A stretch of DNA of 64,000 nucleotides from NCBI GenBank assembly GCA_964291655.2, contig OZ219802.1:960001-1024000 (forward strand). Reading direction: 5' to 3'. This DNA is from Chloroflexota bacterium. GTDB lineage: Bacteria; Chloroflexota; UBA11872; VXOZ01. The first letter of the stretch is position 1, and every line of letters begins with the position of its first letter. Under the pieces are notes generated by a model that ran no database searches, was not told where the DNA came from, and worked only from the letters and a program-made list of their open reading frames with translations. The position numbers and the translations under genes are program-made. Positions 10,291-19,575 of this stretch are shown here, piece after piece.

Positions 10291-11064
10291 ATGCGAGATA
10301 TTCCGCACCTCTTTGACGCCAACGTGTTTCTCGGGCCGATATTTCTTCGGCACGACGAAACACCGGACGATGTCCCTCGGTTGCTGGCCGTGATGGATGA
10401 GAACAGCATCAGCCGTGCGCTCGTCACCCACGGCCTCGCCAAGTGGCAGCATCCCGCCGTAGGCAACCGGCTCGTCATCGAAGAGACCAAGGGGGTGGAC
10501 CGGCTCGTGCCGTGTTGGGTCGTCATGCCGTCCGTGGCCGGGGAGATGCCACCGGAGCGCGAGCAAATTGCACAATTGCTGGATTCCGGCGCGCGAGCAG
10601 CGCGACTCTGCACGGGCATAAATCGACTTACCCTGGAGCCATTTGAACTGGACTCGCTGCTCGAAGCCTTGGCCGAACGAAGGGTTTCGCTGTTCCTGGA
10701 TTCTAACATCCGTCATTGGAGTGAACCGCGTCCGTGGGCATTCATCGAATGGGCCGTTCGCACGTATCCCACGCTGCCGCTCGTTCTCTTGCGCGAGCCG
10801 CCGTCGAACTTTCGCACACTGTTTACACTTATGGATCGCTACGCCAACCTGTATATCGAGACGTCGTACATGCAGGGCCACGATGCCATCGCCCTCATAG
10901 CGAATCGCTGGGGTGCGGACAGGCTCGTCTTCGGCACCGGCATCCCCGTGTGGGACCCGGGCATGGCCATCACCGGGCTCACCTACGCCAGCTTTTCAGT
11001 TGAGGAACGCAATGCCGTAGCCGGCGGCAGCCTGCAGCGCTTGATCGATAATTGTGTCGTCTGA
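10291..11064 (+). CDS. Amidohydrolase_2-like TIM-barrel protein, metal ligands degenerate
   Basis: GGAGG SD. FDANVFLG replaces DxHxH; NLYIETS, GADRLVFGTGIP. Confidence 0.7.
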   Translation: MRDIPHLFDANVFLGPIFLRHDETPDDVPRLLAVMDENSISRALVTHGLAKWQHPAVGNRLVIEETKGVDRLVPCWVVMPSVAGEMPPEREQIAQLLDSGARAARLCTGINRLTLEPFELDSLLEALAERRVSLFLDSNIRHWSEPRPWAFIEWAVRTYPTLPLVLLREPPSNFRTLFTLMDRYANLYIETSYMQGHDAIALIANRWGADRLVFGTGIPVWDPGMAITGLTYASFSVEERNAVAGGSLQRLIDNCVV

Positions 11065-11089
11065 CCGTCATGCGCTTGGCTTCCGTCCA

Positions 11090-11115
11090 TCCTTCGACAA
11101 GCTCGGGACGAACGG
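11090..11115 (-). repeat. Palindromic repeat, CCTTCGACAAGCTCxGGACGAACGG type
   Basis: Intergenic sequence resembling a recurrent REP-like element. Single clear copy here, so recognition is from memory. Confidence 0.5.
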
Positions 11116-11203
11116 AGGCGCGAGTCACGGCTGAAACAAGGCCCTGGATTTGTACCACGAAACCATTGGTTTCCCAATTCAACAGCGAGAAGGACGTAGA
11201 GTA

Positions 11204-12028
11204 ATGGCACAGGCAACTTCAGCGGCGGAAAGCGCAGCAATGAGCATACGGGAGGCCGCCCTGCGCGGCGAACCGCTTACGGATACGTTCATCGTAAACA
11301 ACCACAGCCACCTCGGCTTGTACTATGGATTCGCCCAGCCCAATCCGGATGCCGATTCCCTTGTGCGGACGATGGACCGGGTGGGCATCGACCAGTCGTG
11401 CGTTTTTTCCAGCCTGGCGATTACGGCCGACATGCGCACGGGCAACGACCAAAACCTGGCGGCGGCTCGTCTACACCCTGACCGTATACTGGCGTACGCC
11501 GTGCCGGACCCAAATCTCGCCGGCCAGGTCCGCGAAGAAATGCAACGCTGCATCGACGCCGGAGCGCGCGGCATCAAGTTCCACACCGGGCTGCATGAGT
11601 ATCCCTTTGCCGGACCCGGCTACGTTCCCGCCTTTGAATTGGCGGACAGGCATCGGCTGCCATTGATCAGCCACGGCGTGGACTCACCCGACGTGCTGCA
11701 GCGCACCGCCCGGGCATATCCCAACGCCCACTTAATTGTGGCCCACGCCGGCGCGGGGCGTAAGCACCCGGCATTTGACCCAATCTATGATGTTGCGCTT
11801 GAGGAGCCAAATGTCTACCTGGATACTGCCGGTTCTGTTGCACCGTATGGGATTTTCGCGCAACTGGTAGCGCACGTAGGCGCCGGCAAGATACTCTACG
11901 GCGACGACTTTCCGTGGATGTGCCCCACGCACCAGATAGGCCGCATTCTCCTGGCGCCCATCACCGACGACGAGAAGAAGCAGATTCTCGGTGGCACGAT
12001 GCAGCGGCTGTTGGGCACGCGGCAGTGA
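11204..12028 (+). CDS. Amidohydrolase_2 family metal-dependent hydrolase
   Basis: NNHSHLG, GIKFH, ISHG, IVAHAG, NVYLDTAG, KILYGDDFPW. Confidence 0.85.
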   Translation: MAQATSAAESAAMSIREAALRGEPLTDTFIVNNHSHLGLYYGFAQPNPDADSLVRTMDRVGIDQSCVFSSLAITADMRTGNDQNLAAARLHPDRILAYAVPDPNLAGQVREEMQRCIDAGARGIKFHTGLHEYPFAGPGYVPAFELADRHRLPLISHGVDSPDVLQRTARAYPNAHLIVAHAGAGRKHPAFDPIYDVALEEPNVYLDTAGSVAPYGIFAQLVAHVGAGKILYGDDFPWMCPTHQIGRILLAPITDDEKKQILGGTMQRLLGTRQ

Positions 12029-12147
12029 CCGGACTGGCGGTTAGGATGCTCCATCGTGTCGTGGCCTTCTCCACAGCCCAAAGTAGAATCTCGGGTTCCT
12101 TGAAGTGCCCGTGCTCTTCCGATTCTTCAAAACTGCCGGCGCTCTAC

Positions 12148-12431
12148 TGTCATTGAGTAGGTGCTCTTCCGTCACGGTGCAGGCGCCCTTCTGCCATTGT
12201 GCAAGCGTTCTTCTGCCATTGTGCAGGCGCTCTCTTGTCACTGTGCGGGCGCTCCATTGTCACTGTGCAGACGCTCCTTTGTCACTGTGCAGACGCTCCT
12301 TTGTAGCTGTGCAGGCGCTCCTTTGTCATTGTGCAGGCGCTCTTCTGTCATTGTGCAGGCGCTCCTTTGTCATTGTGCAGGCGCTCCTTTGTCATTGTGC
12401 AGGCGCTCCTTTGTCACTTCGAGCGCCCTTC
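12148..12431 (+). repeat. 22-bp tandem repeat array (12 units plus one 20-bp unit)
   Basis: Consensus TGTCATTGTGCAGGCGCTCCTT, units every 22 bp from 12148 to 12390, no spacers. Confidence 0.95.
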
Positions 12432-12458
12432 TGTCATTTCGAGCGCAGCGAGAAATCT
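12432..12458 (+). repeat. Palindromic repeat TGTCATTTCGAGCGCAGCGAGAAATCT
   Basis: ATTTC..GAAAT stem. Related reverse copy AGATTCCTCGCCGCGCTCGGAATGAC near 61214-61239. Confidence 0.75.
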
Positions 12459-12600
12459 AGAATGGCTGCACAATGGAATATTGATTGGCGACAGCACTGC
12501 CGACACTTCGCCCTGCCCATGATCGAAATCAGGTTGCAAGACAGATACGCAGGGCACCCTTCCCCACATCGAATTGGGTCCCTGCGGTGCAATGAAGATG

Positions 12601-12858
12601 GATTCCCGCTTTCGCGGGAATGACGGATCGAGATGCTCCCTCTCCTTGTAGCGCGGGGGCTTGTCCCCCGCTCTTCACGGCTCATGATTGGCTGTTGCGT
12701 AGCTGGATTCCGGCGTTCGCCGGAATGACTGGTTGGACGCACTCTCGCCACCCAACAGTGCACACAGACCGCTTCAGTAGCGCGGGGGCTTGTCCCCCGC
12801 TCTTCACAGCTGGTGAGTGGCTGTTGCGTAGCCGGTTTCCGGCGTTCGCCGGGATGAC
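12601..12858. repeat. Composite REP cluster with an 82-bp direct repeat (BIME-like)
   Basis: 82-bp units 12648-12729 and 12777-12858, each a GTAG-REP plus linker plus GGAATGAC-type palindrome. Confidence 0.85.
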
Positions 12859-12950
12859 GACGCGTGTGCCGTTCGTTAGACTGGCATACATGCCGACCAC
12901 AGTCCGTGTGAGTCCACTTGCGAATAGACGCGCCTGCTGAGGAACCATCC

Positions 12951-13799
12951 ATGAAATACTTAATGCTCTCGAAGCCCCTAGAAAACCTCTCCTACCCCGA
13001 GCTTGCCGACACTGTGGCCGAACTTGGCATGGACGGCATAGACCTCACGGTGCGCTCACCCGGCCACGTCTTGCCGGAACAGGTGAAGACCGACCTGCCC
13101 AAGGCGGCGCAGGCCGTCCGCGAGCGGGGATTAGAGCTTGGCTGGCTAACTACGGCGATCGACAGCGCCCAGTCGCCCTATGCGGAAGACATAATTGCCG
13201 CGGCTGCCGACCTCGGCATCAACCAGTTCAAGCTGGGCTATCACCGCTACGCCGGTTTTGGCTCAATGGGCCGCCAGATCGCTGAGGTCCGGGAGCAGTT
13301 GCGCGGCATCGAGCGGCTCTGCCGGCAGTATGGTGTACAGGCCGGCATTCACGCGCACTATGGGCCCACGCTCTCTGCCACCACTCACGTAGTCTCGCTC
13401 CTGCTCGAAGGCTTCGACCCCGCCGCCATTTGCTACTATCCCGATCTCGGGCACATGGGAGTAGAAGGCAGTTTCGGCGGCTGGATTCACGGACTGGACC
13501 TGCTCGCAGACCGCATTGACATGCTGGCTCTGGAAAATGTGGCTCAGTTTCGCGCAGTAGACCCGGATACGGGTGCGGCGTCCTGGAGTACGAAGGTTGT
13601 GCCGTTCGACCAAGGCTTCATTCCCTTCCCCGAAGCCTTCCGGTACTTGAAGCACATCGGCTATACCGGCTACGCTTCGTTTCAGTCCGAGTATCGGGGC
13701 GCGAACAGCTTTAGAGACTTGAACCAAACCGAACTGCTCGCTCAAGTGAGCCAGGACCTGCGCTACACGAAACAGCTTGCTGACGCAGTGGGCCTATAG
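12951..13799 (+). CDS. Sugar phosphate isomerase/epimerase (xylose-isomerase-like TIM barrel)
   Basis: GMDGIDLTVRSPGHV, YPDLGHMGVEG, GYTGYASFQSEY. GAGGA SD. Confidence 0.8.
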   Translation: MKYLMLSKPLENLSYPELADTVAELGMDGIDLTVRSPGHVLPEQVKTDLPKAAQAVRERGLELGWLTTAIDSAQSPYAEDIIAAAADLGINQFKLGYHRYAGFGSMGRQIAEVREQLRGIERLCRQYGVQAGIHAHYGPTLSATTHVVSLLLEGFDPAAICYYPDLGHMGVEGSFGGWIHGLDLLADRIDMLALENVAQFRAVDPDTGAASWSTKVVPFDQGFIPFPEAFRYLKHIGYTGYASFQSEYRGANSFRDLNQTELLAQVSQDLRYTKQLADAVGL

Positions 13800-13978
13800 G
13801 CGAGACGGCGTCTCGGTAGAGACCGACCGCACATTTCGCGCTTTCTCTGCGTAGCCGCAATGCTACAATGTGCGGACAGGTGTTCTCTTGTGTAGACGTA
13901 GTCCTTTGAGCGCCGATTTGGTCGCATTGAGATTTTGATTTCGCAACTACGAGTGAGAGAAGCAGGGAGCAGGAACGC

Positions 13979-15388
13979 ATGGATCGCCCAAACATCATCC
14001 TGATCACGACTGACGAGCAGCGGTGGGATACGCTCGGCTGTTACGGCAACCAGAAGGTCAAGACGCCGACCCTGGATGCCCTGGCAGCAAAGGGAACGCT
14101 CTTTGCCAAAGCGTACAACCAGAACCCCGTGTGTATTCCGGCCCGCGCCTGCTTGCAGACCGGGCGCTACACCCGCCAGCACGGAGTTTCCTACATGGAG
14201 GCGGCCGTCGACAGCACGCCCGGCCTGCCGCCCTGGGAACGCACCTTCATGGAGGAGCTGCAGGACGCCGGGTACGTTACTGCCGCCTTTGGCAAGATAC
14301 ACATGATGCCGCCGAAAGGCTATAACGAAACGCAACTTACCGGCGGCAAGGGATCGCGTTGGACACAGTCGTACGGCTCGCCGCTGGGTCCCGGACCTTT
14401 GGGCCCCGTATACGCGCGGTGGCTCGACTCCGTGCATCCGGGCGGCTATGAACTCATCTATGAGCAACGCCGCGAACCCGAATATCGCAAATACATGACC
14501 GCCATCACCAATGTCCTGCCGCTGGAAGAGTATATCGACACGTGGATCACCGAGAACACCCGCGAGTTTGTCTCCCGCGACCACGATCAACCCTTTTTCG
14601 CTTGGTGCGGCATTTGCGGCCCGCACGGCCCGTTCGATCCGCCGCGACCGTATGACAGCATGTACCCATCCGATTTCGTGGACGTCTCACCCACGTACCT
14701 GGCGGATGATAGCGATAAGCCCAAGCATCTACAGAACGGGGGCGGCCGCTTTGCCAAAGAGCCGGATGACAGCCTGATCCGGCGCGTGACGGCCTTCTAC
14801 TGGGGGCTCTGCACGTACATTGACGACATGATGGAACGCCTGTTTCAGACGCTTGAAGAGTGCGGCAAGGCCGACAACACCCTCATCATCTTCACCAGCG
14901 ACCACGGCGACCACATGGGCGATTGGTCGCGCGGCGGCAAGGGGACGTTTTGGGAAGGCTCCGCGCGCGTGCCGTTTATCGTCGTGCCGCCAGCCGACAA
15001 GCCCCGCGTGCCCAACGTGGATGGCGTCATCGGCACCTTTCAGGTCGCGCCGACCATTCTCGACTATGCCGGCGTGGATATCCCGCGAGAGATGCAGGCC
15101 ACCAGCCTCAAGCCCGTGGTGGAAGGCGCTGAAGACTCGCCGGGCTTCGCGCTCTGCGAGTATGAGGACAACAACCAAGTCGTGCGCGGCAAGTCCATCA
15201 CCACGAACCGCTACAAGTACGCATTTTGGAATACCGAAGACGGGCAAGAGCTTTACGACATGGAGAACGACCCTCTGGAGTTGCACAATCTCGCCCGCGA
15301 TCCAGGATCGCAAGACCTCGTGCGCCAGCATAAGGAAATGCTTCTCCAGCACCTGCTCGATAGCGAGAAGCCGATACGCCGCTGGTAA
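13979..15388 (+). CDS. Sulfatase (formylglycine-dependent)
   Basis: RPNIILITTDEQR, TPTLDALA, CIPARA (CxPxR), GKIH, PHGPF, FTSDHGD, ELYDMENDPLE. Confidence 0.93.
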   Translation: MDRPNIILITTDEQRWDTLGCYGNQKVKTPTLDALAAKGTLFAKAYNQNPVCIPARACLQTGRYTRQHGVSYMEAAVDSTPGLPPWERTFMEELQDAGYVTAAFGKIHMMPPKGYNETQLTGGKGSRWTQSYGSPLGPGPLGPVYARWLDSVHPGGYELIYEQRREPEYRKYMTAITNVLPLEEYIDTWITENTREFVSRDHDQPFFAWCGICGPHGPFDPPRPYDSMYPSDFVDVSPTYLADDSDKPKHLQNGGGRFAKEPDDSLIRRVTAFYWGLCTYIDDMMERLFQTLEECGKADNTLIIFTSDHGDHMGDWSRGGKGTFWEGSARVPFIVVPPADKPRVPNVDGVIGTFQVAPTILDYAGVDIPREMQATSLKPVVEGAEDSPGFALCEYEDNNQVVRGKSITTNRYKYAFWNTEDGQELYDMENDPLELHNLARDPGSQDLVRQHKEMLLQHLLDSEKPIRRW

Positions 15389-15482
15389 GCGAGGGGTGCG
15401 CCAAGAATGAGGCGCCACTGCAAACGAAGTATCCAACCAGCCGCAATCGATGCCGCAGCGATCAAACTGAATACAGAATCTA

Positions 15483-15510
15483 AGAGGGGCGCACGATTGT
15501 GCGCCCCTCT
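15483..15510. terminator. Strong hairpin between convergent genes (terminator-like or REP-like)
   Basis: AGAGGGGCGCAC-GATT-GTGCGCCCCTCT, perfect 12-bp stem, no clear U tract. Confidence 0.55.
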
Positions 15511-15596
15511 CGCATTGCGGCTAGTGCCGAATGCTAGCTTCCACCCAGAAGAAAATCATCTCTCCCTGCGGAAAATGCTTCTGCCTTCTTAGGCAA

Positions 15597-16631
15597 TTAC
15601 TCCGCTGCCAGGGCAGCCTCGATCTTCTCAGCGGCGTCGGCGCTCACCCACTCGCGCCAAGAGTCACTATTCTGCAGCCACCACACGGCGACTTCAGCGT
15701 AGTCGGCGCCAGTCTCCGAGAAGTACGTCTCGGCTTGACGCTGGTTGCCAAAGTTCCAGTCCCACTTGCCGAGAAGTTCGATCACGTCCGGAGCGGATTC
15801 TTTGAGATCCGTGTTGACGGCAATCACAACCTCAGCCACGGGGTATGCGCAAGCATTACCGTCGGCCCAGCACTCTTCGTTAAAGGTCGGCTCTTCGAGA
15901 ACATAATAGCCGCCGAGTTCGGTCTCCATTTCAAAGGAGAACGTCGTCGGACCCCAGTAGTAGAACAGCACCGGCTCTTTCTTTAGGAAAGCCGCGCGGA
16001 TCTCGCTCTGCAGAGCGGCATCCGAGCCAGGATTGACCAGTTCAACCGCGTCGCTCAAACCATAGGCCACGACCTGATTGGCATTCACTTGCTCGCACGC
16101 CCAACCGGGAATGCACGAAAGCAAGCGTGCTTTGCCGTTCGAGTCCGGCGTCACGAAGATTTCCATGTGGTCCGCGAGGTCTTCCACTTTGCGCAAGTTG
16201 GGATTCTCATCCGCAACATACTGCGGAATGATGAACGCGGACTGCCAGTTGTCCTCCAGGCTCTTGCCCACAACTTCAACTGAGCCTTCCTCCAAAGCCA
16301 GTAGGAAGGGCTCTTCCTGGTTTGGCAGCCAAATTTCCATGGTGACGTTCACGTCACCGGCACGGAGCGCCACCAGCATGGGAACGGTATCGCCAAAGAC
16401 CGCGTCGGTCTCATAGCCATAGCCGTTCTCGATGATATAGCGTGCTACCGCGTTCTGGATCTGGGCGCTATCCCAGCTAAGGTCGGAAAAGACGATGGTG
16501 GGCTTTGCCATCATCTCCGCTTCCTCTTCTGCCGGCGTCACCACGGCGGTGCCGCAGGCAGCGAGCGTAAGCATAAAGGCGAGCATAAGCGCTAGCATGC
16601 CGCCGAGTGATTTCCAAGTTCGAGTTTTCAT
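15597..16631 (-). CDS. proX: Glycine betaine/proline ABC transporter substrate-binding lipoprotein
   Basis: Lipobox LAAC, SWDS, EIWLPN, CIPGWACE, FYYWGPT. Confidence 0.88.
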   Translation of the reverse strand: MKTRTWKSLGGMLALMLAFMLTLAACGTAVVTPAEEEAEMMAKPTIVFSDLSWDSAQIQNAVARYIIENGYGYETDAVFGDTVPMLVALRAGDVNVTMEIWLPNQEEPFLLALEEGSVEVVGKSLEDNWQSAFIIPQYVADENPNLRKVEDLADHMEIFVTPDSNGKARLLSCIPGWACEQVNANQVVAYGLSDAVELVNPGSDAALQSEIRAAFLKKEPVLFYYWGPTTFSFEMETELGGYYVLEEPTFNEECWADGNACAYPVAEVVIAVNTDLKESAPDVIELLGKWDWNFGNQRQAETYFSETGADYAEVAVWWLQNSDSWREWVSADAAEKIEAALAAE

Positions 16632-16728
16632 TACGTTGGGATCCTCCCCCTGTTTCTGTTAATCTCCATGGCATTACGATGCCAAAAGTCTCCAACCGCT
16701 ATCAATCGATAACCACCTCCGAAACGTC

Positions 16729-17730
16729 TTAAGTCCGTAATGCTTCTTGTCTACTCTTAGCCCACGCCTGGGTGATGCGGTCGATGATGATCGCCAAGAA
16801 GACGATACCCAGTCCGCCCAGCAGTGCCTGCCCCGGTTGCGCGCGCGAAAGCGCCCGCTGCACGTCTTCGCCCAGGCCGCCGGCGCCGACCAGCGAGGCA
16901 ATCACCATCATTGCCAGCGCCATCATCGTGGTCTGATTGATGCCAGCCATGATCGTCGGCAACGCCATTGGCAACTGCACCTTGAACAGCAGTTGCCGGT
17001 GGGTGGTGCCGAACGAGCGCGCGGCCTCGACCACCTGCGGGCTGACTTCCCGGATACCGAGACTAGTGAATCGGATCGTCGGCGGCGCCGCGTAGATAAT
17101 GGTGGCAAAGACAGCGGGCACGTTGCCAATTCCAAAAAACATAACAACCGGCACGAGATATACGAACGACGGCATAGTCTGCATGCCGTCGAGCAGCGGC
17201 TTCAAGACCGCGTCAAACGTGTTGCTGCGCGCGGCCAGCACTCCGAACGGAATACCCACAACGATAGAGAGAAAAACTGACACGACGATGAGCGCCATGG
17301 TCTCCATGGCACTGGCCCAAAGTCCGAACACGCCGGTCGTGAGCAAAGCAACCACCGCAAAGGCGGAAAACTTCCAGCCGACGGTGACCCAGGCAATCAG
17401 GGCCGCGCCAACCACAATCACCGGCCACGGCGTCCACAGAAATGCGGTCTCTATCCACAGCAAGAACCGCAGCACGGCATCCGCAACTAAATCGAACACC
17501 GGCCCCCAGGCAACGGTAATGTCATCCACCCAGTCATTGATCCGGTTACTGATGCCGCGGCTCCAGTCGAGCGGAAACTCGGTTCTGGGGCCCCACGCCA
17601 AGACCATCACGACAAAGAAGGCGAGAAAGCCGCCAACAATAAGCGCGGCCCGGGAGGGCCCCGCCGCGCCGTTCCGCGTCGCCTCACGAATCTCGACGGT
17701 CGTTTCTTTCAAACGCGTCATTACTGCCAT
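16729..17730 (-). CDS. proW: Glycine betaine/proline ABC transporter permease
   Basis: LDGMQTMPSFVYLVP, EAARSFG, LPTIMAGINQTTMMALAM, IIIDRITQ. Confidence 0.92.
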   Translation of the reverse strand: MAVMTRLKETTVEIREATRNGAAGPSRAALIVGGFLAFFVVMVLAWGPRTEFPLDWSRGISNRINDWVDDITVAWGPVFDLVADAVLRFLLWIETAFLWTPWPVIVVGAALIAWVTVGWKFSAFAVVALLTTGVFGLWASAMETMALIVVSVFLSIVVGIPFGVLAARSNTFDAVLKPLLDGMQTMPSFVYLVPVVMFFGIGNVPAVFATIIYAAPPTIRFTSLGIREVSPQVVEAARSFGTTHRQLLFKVQLPMALPTIMAGINQTTMMALAMMVIASLVGAGGLGEDVQRALSRAQPGQALLGGLGIVFLAIIIDRITQAWAKSRQEALRT

Positions 17731-17742
17731 ATCACACTCCGG

Positions 17743-18993
17743 CTACGCGCCGGCCTCCTGACGTTCTTCAGAAAAGACCGCCTCGGCGAGCACATCCCGC
17801 TCAATCATGCCAACCAGCCGCTCTTCGTCGTCTACTACTGGGATCTTCCCTTCCTGAGGCCACGCTACCGAGAGCGCATCCTCAATACACTGCCCTGCCA
17901 GCACCGGTTCGCAGCGACGGGAGACAGCATATTCGATGGTAGCGCTGCCGTTCCCGGCGGCATCGCGCGCTTCTTTCCGGCAGATTTCTCCCCGATAGCG
18001 GCCATCCTCTGCAATGACGAACGCGGCCTCGACACCGCCAGACTCCAACTGAGCAAGGGCGTCCCGTGCCGTCGTCGTGGGTTTCAAGAGGACTCCACAC
18101 CGTTCCATGACGTAACCGACGGTAACAATCGAAGACGTACGCACGTCGCGCGTGAAGTCGGCCACGTAGTCGTCAATCGGATTCGCCATGATCTCTTCAG
18201 GCGTGCCAATCTGAACGATGGCCCCGTCGCGCATAATGGCGATGCGGCTGCCCAGCTTGGTAGCCTCCGCCAGATCGTGGGTAATAAAGACGATGGTCTT
18301 GTGCAACTGCTCTTGCAGGCGGATAAGCTCATCCTGCATATCCCGCCGGATGAGAGGGTCCAGCGCACTGAAGGGCTCATCCATGAGCAGAATTTCGGGA
18401 TCGCAGGCCAGGGCCCGCGCAAGACCCACGCGCTGTTGCATGCCGCCGCTGAGAGCTGCAGCGTGGTACTCTTCCCAGCCATCCAGACCGACCACTCGCA
18501 GCAGTTCGGCCGCTCGCGCTCGCCGGTCTTCCCGCGGCACCCCTTGCACTTCCAAGCCCCAGGCGACGTTATCGATTACCGTGCGGTGGGGCAACAGGCC
18601 GAAGTACTGGAAAACCATGCCGGTCTTCTGCCGGCGCGCCTGCGTGAGTTCTTCATCGGTATAGCTGAGAATGTCCTCACCGTCGATGATGACTTCACCG
18701 ACGGTCGGCTCTATGAGACGTATGAGACAACGCACCAGCGTGGACTTGCCACTGCCGGAGAGTCCCATTACGACAAAGGTCTCGCCCTGATGGACGTCGA
18801 AGCTCACGTCGTGCAACGCCAGCACCGAGTCCAACTCGTCCTGGACTTCGTCCTTCGTCTTACCCTCGAGGGTCTCCCCCACGTCAGGTCCGTCGGCCGG
18901 TCCAAACACCTTCCACAGGCCACGCACGCTCACGCGCACTTCGCCGTTGGCCGAAGTCGGTAAATCCGGCAATTCTTCCGTTGCTTGGTTCAT
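17743..18993 (-). CDS. proV: Glycine betaine/proline ABC transporter ATP-binding protein with CBS domains
   Basis: GLSGSGKS, LSGGMQQRVGLARAL, LMDEPFSALDPLIR, FITHD. Confidence 0.93.
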   Translation of the reverse strand: MNQATEELPDLPTSANGEVRVSVRGLWKVFGPADGPDVGETLEGKTKDEVQDELDSVLALHDVSFDVHQGETFVVMGLSGSGKSTLVRCLIRLIEPTVGEVIIDGEDILSYTDEELTQARRQKTGMVFQYFGLLPHRTVIDNVAWGLEVQGVPREDRRARAAELLRVVGLDGWEEYHAAALSGGMQQRVGLARALACDPEILLMDEPFSALDPLIRRDMQDELIRLQEQLHKTIVFITHDLAEATKLGSRIAIMRDGAIVQIGTPEEIMANPIDDYVADFTRDVRTSSIVTVGYVMERCGVLLKPTTTARDALAQLESGGVEAAFVIAEDGRYRGEICRKEARDAAGNGSATIEYAVSRRCEPVLAGQCIEDALSVAWPQEGKIPVVDDEERLVGMIERDVLAEAVFSEERQEAGA

Positions 18994-19265
18994 GACTACT
19001 CTTCGACCTCCCTGAAGTTACCGGCAGCTCGTTGCCGCAGATCGAAGCACTGTAGCTTCAGGATCGCAACACCAACCCCGCAGTAGCCATAGTCAGGGTA
19101 CCAAGCTGGTATGCCCCTTGCAAGCGTTTTGCACTATTTCTAAGCCAGAAGCCTGTCTGGTCAATGCAATAGGACAACCCCTCTCATTGACCCGCGCGCA
19201 CGCAAAGAGTCATACTGAGGGAGACGGATCGGCACACGCAATAACGCACCAAGAGGAGTACATCC

Positions 19266-19502
19266 ATGGCCGAGAAGCAACGTCTCAGCATCGAATACTG
19301 CACCTCGTGAGGCTACCTCCCAAAAGCCGTCAGTTTGACGGAACAAGTGCTGGATAAGCACGAACAGAACATCGAGAGCCTGGAGCTCATCCCCTCCGGC
19401 GGCGGCGCCTTCGAAGTCACCCTGGACAACAACGTCATCTTCTCCAAACACCAGGAAGGCCGCTTCCCCGAGCACGACGAGGTGCTGAAACACCTAGGGT
19501 AG
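19266..19502 (+). CDS. SelW/SelT/Rdx family selenoprotein (CxxU)
   Basis: GAGGAG SD then MAEKQRLSIEYCTS-TGA(19308-10)-GYLPKAVSLTEQVL...LIPSGGGAFEVTLDNNVIFSKHQEGRFPEHDEVLKHLG. The Rdx motifs GxFEV and SK..GRFP follow the UGA. Confidence 0.92.
19327..19341 (+). promoter_or_regulatory. Candidate bacterial SECIS element for the Rdx gene
   Basis: CCGTCA-GTT-TGACGG hairpin, apical GU 23 nt after the UGA. Confidence 0.65.
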
Positions 19503-19575
19503 GTGTCTAGCAACATTGTCACTTTCCCGTCCGATATAAGTAATCCTGTTCACGTGCTTCAGCGTTAACGCAGAC

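Noticed and set aside
12148-12431. CRISPR array
   Set aside because: Units are contiguous with no unique spacers, and there are no cas genes in the window.
12105-12623. Cys-rich repetitive ORFs over the 22-bp array
   Set aside because: They are translations of a stop-free DNA repeat in several frames, with no SD or family motif.
19161-19493. 110-aa minus-strand ORF
   Set aside because: Shadow of the Rdx selenoprotein gene on the plus strand.
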